From a virus, in IMG/VR virus record IMGVR_UViG_3300031656_000001: a DNA stretch of 64,000 bases. One strand, 5' to 3'. A program made the translations under genes and the position numbers. Shown in pieces: positions 33,070 through 42,540 of this stretch. Position 1 is the stretch's first letter. Every line of letters starts with the position of its first letter. Below the pieces are notes generated by a model. That model was given only the letters and a program-made list of their open reading frames with translations. It ran no database searches and was not told the origin of the DNA.

Positions 33070-33389
33070 ATGTCTAATATAGAATTCAGTCTTTTAATTT
33101 CTCTTTCTAAAGTCTGAATCTTTTTTTTAATTTCACTGTCTGTTGGTTCATATTGAGAACCCCAGTCCAATGCAATACGTATACGATCTGGATCTAGTTC
33201 AGTTCCAATATCAAGTCCTAAGTCAAATACTAAATCCTTAAAGAATTTTATTTGATTAGCTCTTTTCATCGGTCCTTCGAATTCATAGACTTGTCTAGAT
33301 TCGAATTCTTCGCCACCTCCATTTACGTTATCGTCGACTAGTGTTTTTATAACACCATTATCTGCTGGCTCAATACCGATAGTTAACAT
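33066..33389 (-). CDS. Hypothetical protein with C-terminal coiled coil
   Basis: 107 aa; ATGA overlap with the downstream gene. Confidence 0.55.
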   Translation of the reverse strand: MLTIGIEPADNGVIKTLVDDNVNGGGEEFESRQVYEFEGPMKRANQIKFFKDLVFDLGLDIGTELDPDRIRIALDWGSQYEPTDSEIKKKIQTLEREIKRLNSILDI

Positions 33390-33392
33390 ATA

Positions 33393-33818
33393 TTATTTTG
33401 TTTTTCTAGATAATAACGATTCTTTAGCCTTTCTCATTAGTGATTTAGCCTCAATTTTATCTTCGCGGTATGTTTCTTTGTTCTTAACAAAGCCAATAGT
33501 TGCTGCTTCTTCTAGCATTGCTATTTCGTCTGCGTTATAACCAATATCATACCAAGTTTCTTTCATACCTTCTAATTTGTCGCCAAGAGTTTCCTCCCAT
33601 TTTTTTTCAATATTAGCACGTCTTACTTCTTGAATTCTTTTACCATTCTTCATGGTCTCTGCACGAAAGTTCGCTCTGATAGGATTAAGAAAATTCAATT
33701 TACTAAGATACTTTAAAATACCTTGTTGTTTTAATCTTGCTCTTCTTTCTCTACGATTAGGAATTTCCTGGTTCGTCGTTTCCTGAGTCACTTCTTGTGA
33801 TTGTGTTTGTTCTTCCAT
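33393..33818 (-). CDS. Hypothetical basic helical protein
   Basis: 141 aa; contains NRRERRA motif. Confidence 0.55.
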   Translation of the reverse strand: MEEQTQSQEVTQETTNQEIPNRRERRARLKQQGILKYLSKLNFLNPIRANFRAETMKNGKRIQEVRRANIEKKWEETLGDKLEGMKETWYDIGYNADEIAMLEEAATIGFVKNKETYREDKIEAKSLMRKAKESLLSRKTK

Positions 33819-34413
33819 TGTAATAGTTATTAATAAATGATTCGATTTGTTCTTTTAGTTCCGTTCTTAGGTTATCTATCTGATCTTCTACGAGCGCTGA
33901 AATCTGGCCGTTTAGATCTTTTTTAGTGATGTCCATCTGATCTTTAAGTAATGCATATATTTCCTTAGATGGAATATTTACTTGAATAGGCAGATCAGCT
34001 TTATTCTTAACACTCATCTTCTTAAGCATTTCACGCATTACATTTACTTCTACTGATTGTTCAATATCTCTACGCGGTCTAACTGGTGTTGCATCCTCTA
34101 TGTCTCTGCGCGGTCTAACCGGTGTTGCATCTTCTATTGGATCTCTACGTGGCCTAACTGGCGTTGCATCTTGTGGATTTATATAAGTTGTAATTCCACC
34201 AAAGTCTTTTGCTATTAAATTAGCCTGATCTTCAGATGATGCCGGTAATAAAAATTCTGAAATTAACGTTGAATTACATTTAGTTCCATCGGTAAATTCT
34301 ACCCATTCCTTTTCAACAGGTTTAGTATTATCGACCTCTACTATTTGTCCTATCCTCTCAGATTTAATCCAAACGTAAAATTGTCTATTTTCTGCCTCTT
34401 TGTTTTTAGCCAT
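33757..34413 (-). CDS. Hypothetical protein with internal DATPVRPRRD repeats
   Basis: ORF track start 34446; likelier start is ATG 34413 (MAKNKE), just past the upstream stop. Confidence 0.55.
   Translation of the reverse strand: MAKNKEAENRQFYVWIKSERIGQIVEVDNTKPVEKEWVEFTDGTKCNSTLISEFLLPASSEDQANLIAKDFGGITTYINPQDATPVRPRRDPIEDATPVRPRRDIEDATPVRPRRDIEQSVEVNVMREMLKKMSVKNKADLPIQVNIPSKEIYALLKDQMDITKKDLNGQISALVEDQIDNLRTELKEQIESFINNYYNGRTNTITRSDSGNDEPGNS
34065..34171 (-). repeat. Three tandem 36-39 nt repeats encoding DATPVRPRRD(P)IE
   Basis: Seen directly in protein and DNA, with synonymous divergence. Confidence 0.85.
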
Positions 34414-34417
34414 GATT

Positions 34418-34648
34418 TTATTTTTTAATATCCGTATCCATTTCATTTCCTACAAATATTTGTTTACTCTTATTATATGCGAAATCTGCAAAAGGTTTAA
34501 TAAAGTCATGTGAATCACTAGGTCCCATGACAGCATCTGCGTTCTGCATTCTCTTTAACCAGTGTTCTCCAAAGGTTTCTTCGCCCATTGTTTCTAGTTG
34601 TTCCTTCAGTGATTTTACCTCTGGTAAAATCAATTTATTAAATCCCAT
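34418..34648 (-). CDS. Hypothetical protein
   Basis: 76 aa ORF filling the gap between neighbours. Confidence 0.55.
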   Translation of the reverse strand: MGFNKLILPEVKSLKEQLETMGEETFGEHWLKRMQNADAVMGPSDSHDFIKPFADFAYNKSKQIFVGNEMDTDIKK

Positions 34649-34658
34649 TTATTATTGT

Positions 34659-35369
34659 TTAGTTGTTGTTTCTTTTTCTTCGTGTAGTACTATTAGATCT
34701 TTTAACAGGTGTACGTTTAATTACACGTGGTGTTGTGCTACGTCTTATTGGAGTATTCACATTAGTCCTTCTTGTAGGTCTAATAACTCTGTTTGGAGTA
34801 TTACGTCTTGTTGGTGTAGTTCTAATTGTTCTTGTCGGTGTAGTTCTAATTGTTCTTGTCGGTGTGGTTCTTCTTGGTGTAGTTCTTGTAGAAGTAGGCT
34901 GAACATATAATCTTCTTCCATTATTACGAATTGAAGAACGTCTACTATAATTTAAATTATAATTTCGATTCCACCTGTAATATGTATTGTTCCATGAATG
35001 CCAATCCCAATTGTAACCATGATAGACATTGCCCATATTATTCCAATGTGGTATAGAAGTCCATGTATTCCAATTATTATATTGATAATAATAGACGTTC
35101 CAATTTGAAATATGCTGATAATTATTAAAAGGTCTACAATACCATGCATTATATGTGGGATCAAATCCATACAAATCATGAAAGCCATGCCTTCTACAAC
35201 TTACAGGTGATGTTCGTTGTAATCCAATATTCCAATCATTTGATTGTGTATATGAAACCCGTTTGCTTATTACAACGGATGGTGTGAGATCTCTAGCAGA
35301 ACTGTATTGAAAATTTAAACTGCTACAACTAGTTAAAAACAGCATCGCGATAATAAGTAACTTTTTCAT
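34659..35369 (-). CDS. Putative lipoprotein with Arg/Thr-rich low-complexity tail
   Basis: Signal peptide and lipobox MKKLLIIAMLFLTS-C; W/Y/N-rich middle; TTPTRTIR repeats. Confidence 0.65.
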   Translation of the reverse strand: MKKLLIIAMLFLTSCSSLNFQYSSARDLTPSVVISKRVSYTQSNDWNIGLQRTSPVSCRRHGFHDLYGFDPTYNAWYCRPFNNYQHISNWNVYYYQYNNWNTWTSIPHWNNMGNVYHGYNWDWHSWNNTYYRWNRNYNLNYSRRSSIRNNGRRLYVQPTSTRTTPRRTTPTRTIRTTPTRTIRTTPTRRNTPNRVIRPTRRTNVNTPIRRSTTPRVIKRTPVKRSNSTTRRKRNNN

Positions 35370-35374
35370 AATAT

Positions 35375-37114
35375 TTATTTTATAGTTTTAACCCTATCAG
35401 TAAAGCTAGGAGGGAAGAATCCCTTCTTATTTATCAGACTTCTAAAGCAAGCATCCAGTACATATGTTACGGCCCAATCATCTTCACTTCTTACTGATCT
35501 TCCAACACCTTGAAGAATCGAAATTCCAGTTTTCCAATCATACCATTCATTTGATGTCTGCATTTTAGCTTTAATCAAAGGATCGCCTAATGATGGATAT
35601 GGTACTTTAAAGAATATCTGAAATCTACTTGTCTCGTCTTTTAAATCTAAACCCTCTAATAATGACGGTCCCATTAAAACTGATCCTTCTTTCTTTTTGA
35701 ACAACTCTAACATGTTTGCTTTTTGTTTAGAGTTCTCATAATCTATCAATCTAAATGTATGTTTAGAATGTTGCTTTATGTAATTAGTAAATGCGTATGA
35801 TCCTGTGTGAACTACCCCTCGTTGTCCTTTATGCTTACTTATAATTTGATCTAGTATTTCAACCACTTTAGGCAAACTCTGTTCGCGTTCTCTGTATGAA
35901 AGTTTGTGGCGATTAATAAAAACTACTGGTGATTTATCATAATTGAACATGTTGTCCATTCTAATAAATTTAGCATTCTTAATTCCCATGATTTTAACAA
36001 AAGATCTAGGATCTCCAATCGTTGCACTCATGAATACTTTAAAGTCTGCTTTGTCGTGTAAGTATTTGTTAATCATAAGAGATTCCTCAACACACATGAA
36101 TTTAGATTCATATTCGTTTTGATCTAATACCATTTTACTAATACCAACTTCGTTGATCAATGCAAGATAATCTTCAATCTTACAATGTACATCTTTTATT
36201 CTATCAAAATTGGTAAATGCGGTTTGCCAATCTTTCGGTGCACCAATATTACCATATCTTTTTTTAACTTGTTTATTAGCCAATTGCCTTACCTTACCAA
36301 AATTACGTAAGATTACTTCGAACTCGACCATCGCATCATATACCTCTGATTTATTACCTGTCATTAAATCATTAACTAATGTTTCTATTTTGTTACGAGT
36401 ATGCGCTACTGTTTGAAATCCATGTTTATTTGCAAATCTAAGACTAGTCATAATCTTATCTACAATATTAGGTTCAATACGAGGGCTGAAATGACTCTGT
36501 ACAATATCATCAATTCTATGTGCTTCATCAAAAAACACAAAGTCTCTTTGTTCAAATGGAACCTTACGATCATCTTGTTCCATCTTAGCTGCAACATAAT
36601 TACGTTGAATCAACCAAAATGCATAATTCAATAATGAGATAGGTTGATCTATTGCCCTTTTTCTATTTTGAAGATAATCACAGGTTGCGTAACATGAAAG
36701 CTTTTCAGTTTGTTCATATCCCATACCCTTCAATCTACAATCTCCTAATGAAAATGGCAATCCGTTAACATTACATTCATAATTGTCTGCACCTTTAATT
36801 GATGGCCATCGCAAACCATATTTATAAAAATCTGATTCATATTGATCCTGAAGACTCAGGTCACTAGTGATCATGTAACCCTTATTACCTAATTCTTTTA
36901 ATATATGAGCAGACCACATAGCTATCAGTGATTTACCAGAACCAGTCGGAGCATCAATAACGATAGTTGCTTTAGAATCTTCCAGATAAGATTCGCAAAT
37001 CTTAACTATGATTTCTCTTTGACCTCTTCTGAATTCAAATCCTTTCCCAAATGTATTGGACTCTATTGAATCGTTTATAATTTTGTTTATCTTCTCTACT
37101 CCGCGTTCCAGCAT
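35375..37114 (-). CDS. DinG/XPD-family ATP-dependent DNA helicase
   Basis: Q motif FRRGQ, Walker A APTGSGKS, four Cys (Fe-S), DEAH, MSAT, EGLD, KVPYP, QGVGRSVRSEDD. Confidence 0.9.
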   Translation of the reverse strand: MLERGVEKINKIINDSIESNTFGKGFEFRRGQREIIVKICESYLEDSKATIVIDAPTGSGKSLIAMWSAHILKELGNKGYMITSDLSLQDQYESDFYKYGLRWPSIKGADNYECNVNGLPFSLGDCRLKGMGYEQTEKLSCYATCDYLQNRKRAIDQPISLLNYAFWLIQRNYVAAKMEQDDRKVPFEQRDFVFFDEAHRIDDIVQSHFSPRIEPNIVDKIMTSLRFANKHGFQTVAHTRNKIETLVNDLMTGNKSEVYDAMVEFEVILRNFGKVRQLANKQVKKRYGNIGAPKDWQTAFTNFDRIKDVHCKIEDYLALINEVGISKMVLDQNEYESKFMCVEESLMINKYLHDKADFKVFMSATIGDPRSFVKIMGIKNAKFIRMDNMFNYDKSPVVFINRHKLSYREREQSLPKVVEILDQIISKHKGQRGVVHTGSYAFTNYIKQHSKHTFRLIDYENSKQKANMLELFKKKEGSVLMGPSLLEGLDLKDETSRFQIFFKVPYPSLGDPLIKAKMQTSNEWYDWKTGISILQGVGRSVRSEDDWAVTYVLDACFRSLINKKGFFPPSFTDRVKTIK

Positions 37115-37617
37115 ATAACTTCTTTTACTTCAATTCCAGCTTTATTTAATAATTCAACACCTGACATATCTCTATATGTTTCAGAGTAAAATACTTTTTT
37201 AATACCTGATTGGATTATTAATTTTGCACAATCAAAACATGGACAAGTTGTCGTGTAAAGATCTGCACCTTCTGAACTCAATGTTGATTTACTTACTTTT
37301 GCTAATGCATTAGATTCTGCGTGTAAAACTTCTCGTTTTGTTTTAGTAGTTTCTTTAGTACAACATCCATTTTCACATGTAAATCCATGATCTTCTACGA
37401 GAGTTTGTGCCATGTCAGGATTTTCATAATACTGACGTGTTATTTCTATTTCCTCACAATCGTTATTAAAACCATGTGGCGTTCCGTTATATCCTGTAGA
37501 AATCACTTGTTTATCTTTCACGATAATACAACCAACCCTACGGCGTTTTGCATAACTAAGCTTAGCTATCTGATAAGCCATCTGCATATAAACTAAATCT
37601 ACTGGTATTCTTGGCAT
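37096..37617 (-). CDS. dCMP deaminase
   Basis: VGCII, STGYNGTP, HAESNA and PCFDC zinc-deaminase motifs. Confidence 0.92.
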   Translation of the reverse strand: MPRIPVDLVYMQMAYQIAKLSYAKRRRVGCIIVKDKQVISTGYNGTPHGFNNDCEEIEITRQYYENPDMAQTLVEDHGFTCENGCCTKETTKTKREVLHAESNALAKVSKSTLSSEGADLYTTTCPCFDCAKLIIQSGIKKVFYSETYRDMSGVELLNKAGIEVKEVICWNAE

Positions 37618-37631
37618 AGTATTCTAAATGT

Positions 37632-37663
37632 AAAAAGGTCCATATATTATATACGGACCTTTT
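37632..37663 (-). terminator. Intrinsic terminator overlapping a class II promoter
   Basis: Minus strand AAAAGGTCC..GGACCTTTTT stem with U-tract. Confidence 0.6.
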
Positions 37664-37672
37664 AAAAAGTTT
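37646..37672 (-). promoter_or_regulatory. Class II promoter-like motif AAAC-N17-TATAAT
   Basis: One of eight copies with identical 17-nt spacing; upstream of dCMP deaminase. Confidence 0.6.
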
Positions 37673-37704
37673 AATTAGATGATACTCGTTTTAAACTAAA
37701 TATG

Positions 37705-38214
37705 TTACTTAGCTGACCAGACGTCTTTTAACTCGTCGATCTTCTTATTATAAGATTCTTTCATACCATTAAGTATTGCGTCATATGTTTCAATAGTAAG
37801 TTCTTCTTCACCTTTAATCTCAGCGTGTGCTTGTTCTAATGTAGAAGCAGCTAATGTTGCAATTAATGCAGCATTTTCTTTAAGATAAGATTCTAATGTG
37901 TGATCAGGATAATCATCCCCGTCATAGTCACATGCTTCTTTAATAGCAGATTCATAACCTTCTATTAAACGTGCAGAAACCGTTAATGTTTCTTTATCTT
38001 CATCTTCTTCCTCAGATTCTTCTTCAGATTCAGACTCTTCAGCATCCTCTTCTTTTTCTTCTTCTTCGCCTTCTATTTTTTCATGTTCTTCTGATTCTGA
38101 ATCCTCGTCAGAAATACCTAACACTTTGTCATCGTCGGTTTCCGTAATCGCATCAGTACTTGCAAGTTTCTTATTTGCTGCGTACTCTTCGAATGATAAT
38201 ATTGGTTTTGCCAT
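37705..38214 (-). CDS. Highly acidic protein, possible internal head/core protein
   Basis: Glu-rich tract; N-terminus MAKPILSFEEY resembles the shared leader; late-type motif at 38235-38245. Confidence 0.55.
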   Translation of the reverse strand: MAKPILSFEEYAANKKLASTDAITETDDDKVLGISDEDSESEEHEKIEGEEEEKEEDAEESESEEESEEEDEDKETLTVSARLIEGYESAIKEACDYDGDDYPDHTLESYLKENAALIATLAASTLEQAHAEIKGEEELTIETYDAILNGMKESYNKKIDELKDVWSAK

Positions 38215-38245
38215 AATGTTTTTATTATTATTTTATTTATATATC

Positions 38246-38926
38246 TTATTTTGTAGCCTTTTGTTTTTTCTTGGCTGTTTTCAGTTTAGATTTTAAACCG
38301 ATTTGTTGTTTTTGAACTGCAGCTTTCATACCATCTGCCGATGCTTGCTGTAGTTGAGACTTTAACAATAAACCTTGTAATTTATCAGTAGGATCCTTTT
38401 CTTTATCTTTAGAAAGTGCAGCTATGTCTCCTTTAATATCTTTTGATTTTGAAGAAAGACTCTTTTGTTTTTTAGTCAAAGCCTTTATCTTTTGTTTGTC
38501 AGATTTAGGTTTGCTCTTTTTCTTTTCTTCTATTATACCTTCTTCTAATGTATCTATTTCTTTTGATCTAGCCATTGCCCAATCAACTCCTGCATCTCCT
38601 CCCCAAATTAGCCATGAAACAAAACCTTTATCTAACCATGGTGTTTCTTTAAATTCAGGTGCAATAGTTGCATTTTTTCTATGTCTATTAAATGAAGACA
38701 TTCTTTTTACAGTATCGCTAGATATGTTTTCTCCATTAGCCAATTGATGTGCTCTTGCCCATCCGACTGCAGTACCAGCTTCAACTTCTTCTCTGCCATA
38801 TTTCTCTTTCCAGTCTATTGCTTTTTGTGCATTCTTTTTAGCAGCTTGAGGATAGTCACTATGTGAATCTTCAGCTTCATTAATTCTACTTAATAAGAAT
38901 TCTTCGAATAGTTTAATTCTTTTCAT
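38246..38926 (-). CDS. Putative internal head protein with Lys-rich C-terminus
   Basis: Leader MKRIKLFEEF; central RAHQLA...TVKRMSSF..RH...WGG domain; basic tail. Confidence 0.55.
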   Translation of the reverse strand: MKRIKLFEEFLLSRINEAEDSHSDYPQAAKKNAQKAIDWKEKYGREEVEAGTAVGWARAHQLANGENISSDTVKRMSSFNRHRKNATIAPEFKETPWLDKGFVSWLIWGGDAGVDWAMARSKEIDTLEEGIIEEKKKSKPKSDKQKIKALTKKQKSLSSKSKDIKGDIAALSKDKEKDPTDKLQGLLLKSQLQQASADGMKAAVQKQQIGLKSKLKTAKKKQKATK

Positions 38927-38927
38927 A

Positions 38928-39275
38928 TTATTTTGGTAATCTTACCATTGTTTCTTTAGTTTCATTCTTAAATGTATTCTTAACAAACCCGAATTCTTTA
39001 TAAAATGTTTTAAGTCTATTTACTGAAGTCGCTCCAAAATCTTTAGAAGGTGTTAGATAAATCTTTTTATTTGCATTATCAGCAAAATCAACAATTCTTT
39101 CCATTACTTTAGAACCAATTCCAGAACCTCTCAGTTCTTTAGGAACTACAATGCGCGAAAGCGCTAACCATTTACCATTATCATAAAGGTCTAATTTTAT
39201 ATTGAATTCAGTTTCTAATTCCTGAAGAATCATACCTTCATTTATAAAATCTTCAAATACTTTAATATGTCTCAT
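38928..39275 (-). CDS. GNAT acetyltransferase with shared leader
   Basis: IVVPKELRGSGIGSKVM acetyl-CoA motif A and FYKEFGF; probable start MRHIKVFEDFINE at 39275. Confidence 0.75.
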   Translation of the reverse strand: MRHIKVFEDFINEGMILQELETEFNIKLDLYDNGKWLALSRIVVPKELRGSGIGSKVMERIVDFADNANKKIYLTPSKDFGATSVNRLKTFYKEFGFVKNTFKNETKETMVRLPK

Positions 39276-39276
39276 G

Positions 39277-39693
39277 TTATTCACCGTATATTCTTTTTAC
39301 GAATCTTTTAATATCTGCATTACTATAATCCAATAATTCACCAATCTCTCTTGCTTCTTCAGCAGTCTTATCTGCTAAATATCCACCATGTGAATCTGCA
39401 ATTTCTTTTAATCGTTTTGCTTTCTTTTTACCAGTCGAGTTTGGTCTATATGCAATATATGCATCTCCGTCCTCTTTATCAACTGTCAATACGCCCCAGC
39501 CCATATCTCTATATGTTTGTAAGATTCGTATATCGTCTTCACTGTTAACCATAGGATGTTTAGTAACAAGAAAATGAATATCTTTTTTACCATCCATCAC
39601 TTGTTTGAAAAGCCAATCCTCAGTATAACCACCAGACGTTGGTAATGTTATCTTCTCATTTATAAAATCGTTGAATACTTTAATGTGCTTCAT
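39277..39693 (-). CDS. Hypothetical protein with shared leader
   Basis: Probable start MKHIKVFNDFINE at 39693; C-terminal IGELLDYS motif. Confidence 0.6.
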   Translation of the reverse strand: MKHIKVFNDFINEKITLPTSGGYTEDWLFKQVMDGKKDIHFLVTKHPMVNSEDDIRILQTYRDMGWGVLTVDKEDGDAYIAYRPNSTGKKKAKRLKEIADSHGGYLADKTAEEAREIGELLDYSNADIKRFVKRIYGE

Positions 39694-39694
39694 A

Positions 39695-40390
39695 TTAGAA
39701 TTTAGGTATACCACCTATTTTTTTAGCTCTTCGTCTCCATAATGTTAATACTTCCTCACGTGAAGTTCCATCAATCGTACCACTTTGTTCTTGTGTGTCT
39801 AAATACCTGGTGACTGCGTCGATCATTGATTCCTTTCTTTTCTTAGATTCAAATCTAAGTCCTTGTAAATTTGCATCAACTTCTTTAGGTAACATTAAGT
39901 ATTGTGCCTTCGGCATAACTCCTAATTCTATCAGCGCTCTTAATTCAGAGTCATCTTCATTCGGTTTACCCTTTCTATAATTACCGGTGTCTTTTCCGTC
40001 TTGTGTAATGTGTTCCATTTCATGTCGAATAACATCTGCTAAATACATGTAAACCTCTGACCATTCTCCTGGTAACCAATCTGGATTAATAACAAAATCT
40101 ATATTGATAAATGGTGTTTGAAAATCTCCATCGTCATCTTCATCTCTACCATCTGCACCTGTTGAATTAGCTATTTCAAATCCTTTGGTCTTTTTAGTAA
40201 TATGAAGTGTAGCTGTAAGATCAAATTCTAATTTATCCTCAATTTGATCAGAGTAATCTATGGTTGTCATTCCATTGGCATGTCCTTTAATCCACGCTTT
40301 GAATACCACGCTTGTTAATTTGGATGCTAGTGAATCCCATTTACTTCGACTCTCGTTCAAAAATAAGTTATATGTTTTTATGTGTTTCAT
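39695..40390 (-). CDS. Putative zinc metallopeptidase (HExxH) with shared leader
   Basis: IRHEMEHITQ plus downstream EVDA; leader MKHIKTYNLFLNE. Confidence 0.6.
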   Translation of the reverse strand: MKHIKTYNLFLNESRSKWDSLASKLTSVVFKAWIKGHANGMTTIDYSDQIEDKLEFDLTATLHITKKTKGFEIANSTGADGRDEDDDGDFQTPFINIDFVINPDWLPGEWSEVYMYLADVIRHEMEHITQDGKDTGNYRKGKPNEDDSELRALIELGVMPKAQYLMLPKEVDANLQGLRFESKKRKESMIDAVTRYLDTQEQSGTIDGTSREEVLTLWRRRAKKIGGIPKF

Positions 40391-40391
40391 G

Positions 40392-40402
40392 TATTATATA
40401 TC
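40392..40402 (-). promoter_or_regulatory. Late-type promoter motif GATATATAATA
   Basis: Recurrent upstream of structural and leader-bearing genes; other copies at 180, 8001, 21881, 23217, 32041, 38235, 50488, 53734 and 62202. Confidence 0.65.
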
Positions 40403-40404
40403 AT

Positions 40405-40436
40405 AAAAAAAGGGGAATGATTTCTCAGTCCCCTTT
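40405..40436 (-). terminator. Intrinsic terminator
   Basis: AAAGGGGA..TCCCC stem followed by T7 on the minus strand. Confidence 0.75.
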
Positions 40437-40456
40437 GGTTAGTATTTGTAGGTTAA

Positions 40457-40702
40457 TTATTCGTTAAGCGGACCAGATGGTCCAACAGCTTCTTTGTCAT
40501 CTGCTGTTACAAAAATAGAATCTAATGTGGCTAAATATCCATTTGCATCTGATATCGTTCTAATTAATTTGTCCATTTCGTCAATGATCTGTGGATGTTC
40601 TCCAATACCTATTGCATTTTTAGAATAAACTTCTAATGTTGCAACAGCTTCTAATCTCATTGCGATATACTTTGCGCGTAGCGCATCTAATTTCAAACTC
40701 AT
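40457..40702 (-). CDS. Conserved small phage protein
   Basis: LEVYSKNAIGIGEHPQIIDE resembles a common small protein of T4-like marine phages. Confidence 0.6.
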   Translation of the reverse strand: MSLKLDALRAKYIAMRLEAVATLEVYSKNAIGIGEHPQIIDEMDKLIRTISDANGYLATLDSIFVTADDKEAVGPSGPLNE

Positions 40703-40711
40703 AATTATCGT

Positions 40712-40915
40712 TTATTGTTTATTGTTTTTTCTTAATTCATCTATGATTTCTTGTAATCCTCTAAATGCAATTGCGGCCATTGCAAAAAACCAAAAGTCCT
40801 TTGTACTCCAATTTAATACTGCAAATAGCCAAAACAAATTAGAATTCATCCCCATTACGTGTTGATCACAATGTGCCAATATTTTCTTTGCTACTCTTTT
40901 AATTGTTTTAAACAT
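40712..40915 (-). CDS. Small membrane protein
   Basis: Likely start MFKTIKR (40915), just downstream of the class II motif at 40931-40957; hydrophobic segment. Confidence 0.5.
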   Translation of the reverse strand: MFKTIKRVAKKILAHCDQHVMGMNSNLFWLFAVLNWSTKDFWFFAMAAIAFRGLQEIIDELRKNNKQ

Positions 40916-40963
40916 ATTTTGTAATTTATTATTATACATTAATTTTTTTAAATGTTTCAAATA

Positions 40964-41167
40964 TCAATCTTCGTCCTTTAGTTTACGTATCATTGCACTT
41001 ATATAATTAAAAATAAATGCAGCACAATAAAGAGGCCATAATATAGCAAACAAAACACGCTGAGCCATATCAAGCCTAAGCTCTTCTTTTTTTATATAAG
41101 AAACAACACCATCATAAATGGCATTAAATAATATGCCTAACGATAAGTAATAAAATAAATTCATCAT
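40964..41167 (-). CDS. Small membrane protein
   Basis: Two hydrophobic segments; ILWP motif. Confidence 0.55.
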   Translation of the reverse strand: MMNLFYYLSLGILFNAIYDGVVSYIKKEELRLDMAQRVLFAILWPLYCAAFIFNYISAMIRKLKDED

Positions 41168-41172
41168 GTATA

Positions 41173-41204
41173 TTATACTTAAGAATCAGAAACTGTTTCT
41201 TGTT
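41173..41204. repeat. 32-bp direct repeat, copy 1 (contains most of a class II promoter motif)
   Basis: ttatacttaagaatcagaaactgtttcttgtt, identical to 42151-42182. Confidence 0.9.
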
Positions 41205-42117
41205 CAAACTGTTTCAAATATTTTTTAAGTGCTAACTCTTTAGCTTTAGCTTCCAATTCAATATCTAGAAATAAACCATAAGTGTCAATATATTCATATA
41301 TGTAATCTGAATGTGCACGTTTATTTGTTTGCTCTTCGTTCTCGTGAATCATTTGACAACTAGAATAATGTACAAGTTGTTTAATACCAACTGGCCATGT
41401 CAGGCTTGCTAATTTAAGTGCTTCTTCCTGTGTTAATTCACCTGAATGACACCAATGGTGATGATAGTCAAATGTAACAGGAACTCCTATTTTATTCCAA
41501 ATACCTTGATAAAGATCCTCTGTTGTGTATTGGCTTTCTTTGTCATCGTTTTCTACTACTAATCTTTTACGAACAGATTCGTCTAGTAATTCAAATGCAT
41601 CACAGAAGCGTTGCATTGCTTCGTCTTTTCCACCTTGTGTAGTATTGACATGTATGTTAATAGGTGCAGAGTGATCTCTTGGTAATTCCAAAAGATCCAT
41701 GATTTCACCATGTTTATTAAGATCTATAATACATTTGTCTACAACTCGCTGTGTAAGAGATGCCAATACATCGAATGGTCCAGGATGAAATGTCAAACGT
41801 TGACCGTTATCCATTGCTATTTTTCCAGCACCTTTTAATATATTCTTTATTTTTTTATAATCTGGCAAATCACATAAATTGTATTCGCTCATCCATGGAA
41901 ACATATCAGAACTTATGCGAAAAAGTTTAATATCGTTAGCATTATTCCATGAAACTATTTTAACTAAATCCTTAACATTTAATAATGCTAATTCAGAAAC
42001 ATAATCTATACCCTTACTTGCGAACGTTCGTTTGATCATACCTCTATTAGTAGTAATCTTGTCAGCTTTTTGAAGAGTAGTATTAATGCAACAATACCCG
42101 TAATTATTGGTTTCCAT
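41179..42117 (-). CDS. uvsE: UV damage repair endonuclease UvsE/UvdE
   Basis: GYCCIN, LFRISSDMFP, RLTFHPG, RLVVENDD, VTFDYHHH, AHSDY and LEAKAKE motifs. Confidence 0.92.
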   Translation of the reverse strand: METNNYGYCCINTTLQKADKITTNRGMIKRTFASKGIDYVSELALLNVKDLVKIVSWNNANDIKLFRISSDMFPWMSEYNLCDLPDYKKIKNILKGAGKIAMDNGQRLTFHPGPFDVLASLTQRVVDKCIIDLNKHGEIMDLLELPRDHSAPINIHVNTTQGGKDEAMQRFCDAFELLDESVRKRLVVENDDKESQYTTEDLYQGIWNKIGVPVTFDYHHHWCHSGELTQEEALKLASLTWPVGIKQLVHYSSCQMIHENEEQTNKRAHSDYIYEYIDTYGLFLDIELEAKAKELALKKYLKQFEQETVSDS

Positions 42118-42150
42118 TGAATTTAGTTTTTAAATATTTATAAATAAATG

Positions 42151-42182
42151 TTATACTTAAGAATCAGAAACTGTTTCTTGTT
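42151..42182. repeat. 32-bp direct repeat, copy 2 (contains most of a class II promoter motif)
   Basis: Identical to 41173-41204. Confidence 0.9.
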
Positions 42183-42537
42183 TTATTTTAAACAACTCAT
42201 AATTACTATTCCCTGTTTTGAATTTAAAATAGTCCTCACGTTGCTCTAGGATTTCCGTTACTGGAGTTGTTTGCCATGTAAAACTATCATCAAACGGTGA
42301 CATGACCAAGCTACGATTCAATCCAATTTCTTCAAACTGATCTTTAAATGTACTGTCCTTGTTCCATTCTATCCAAATAACAGCACGCGAGATCTTCGTT
42401 AAGTTATCACGTTCTCTGACTAATTTCCAGTTCTGCTCTTTTTCTTTATAAAAAAGTTCTGCAAAATCTGCGTTGATTACAAGATTACCGTCGTCATTTA
42501 TGTCGACTAATATCTTTTTTTGTACTCCGCCTATCAT
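42157..42537 (-). CDS. Hypothetical phage protein
   Basis: 126 aa; WQTTPVTEI...FKTGNSNYEL motif. Confidence 0.6.
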   Translation of the reverse strand: MIGGVQKKILVDINDDGNLVINADFAELFYKEKEQNWKLVRERDNLTKISRAVIWIEWNKDSTFKDQFEEIGLNRSLVMSPFDDSFTWQTTPVTEILEQREDYFKFKTGNSNYELFKIKQETVSDS

Positions 42538-42540
42538 AAT

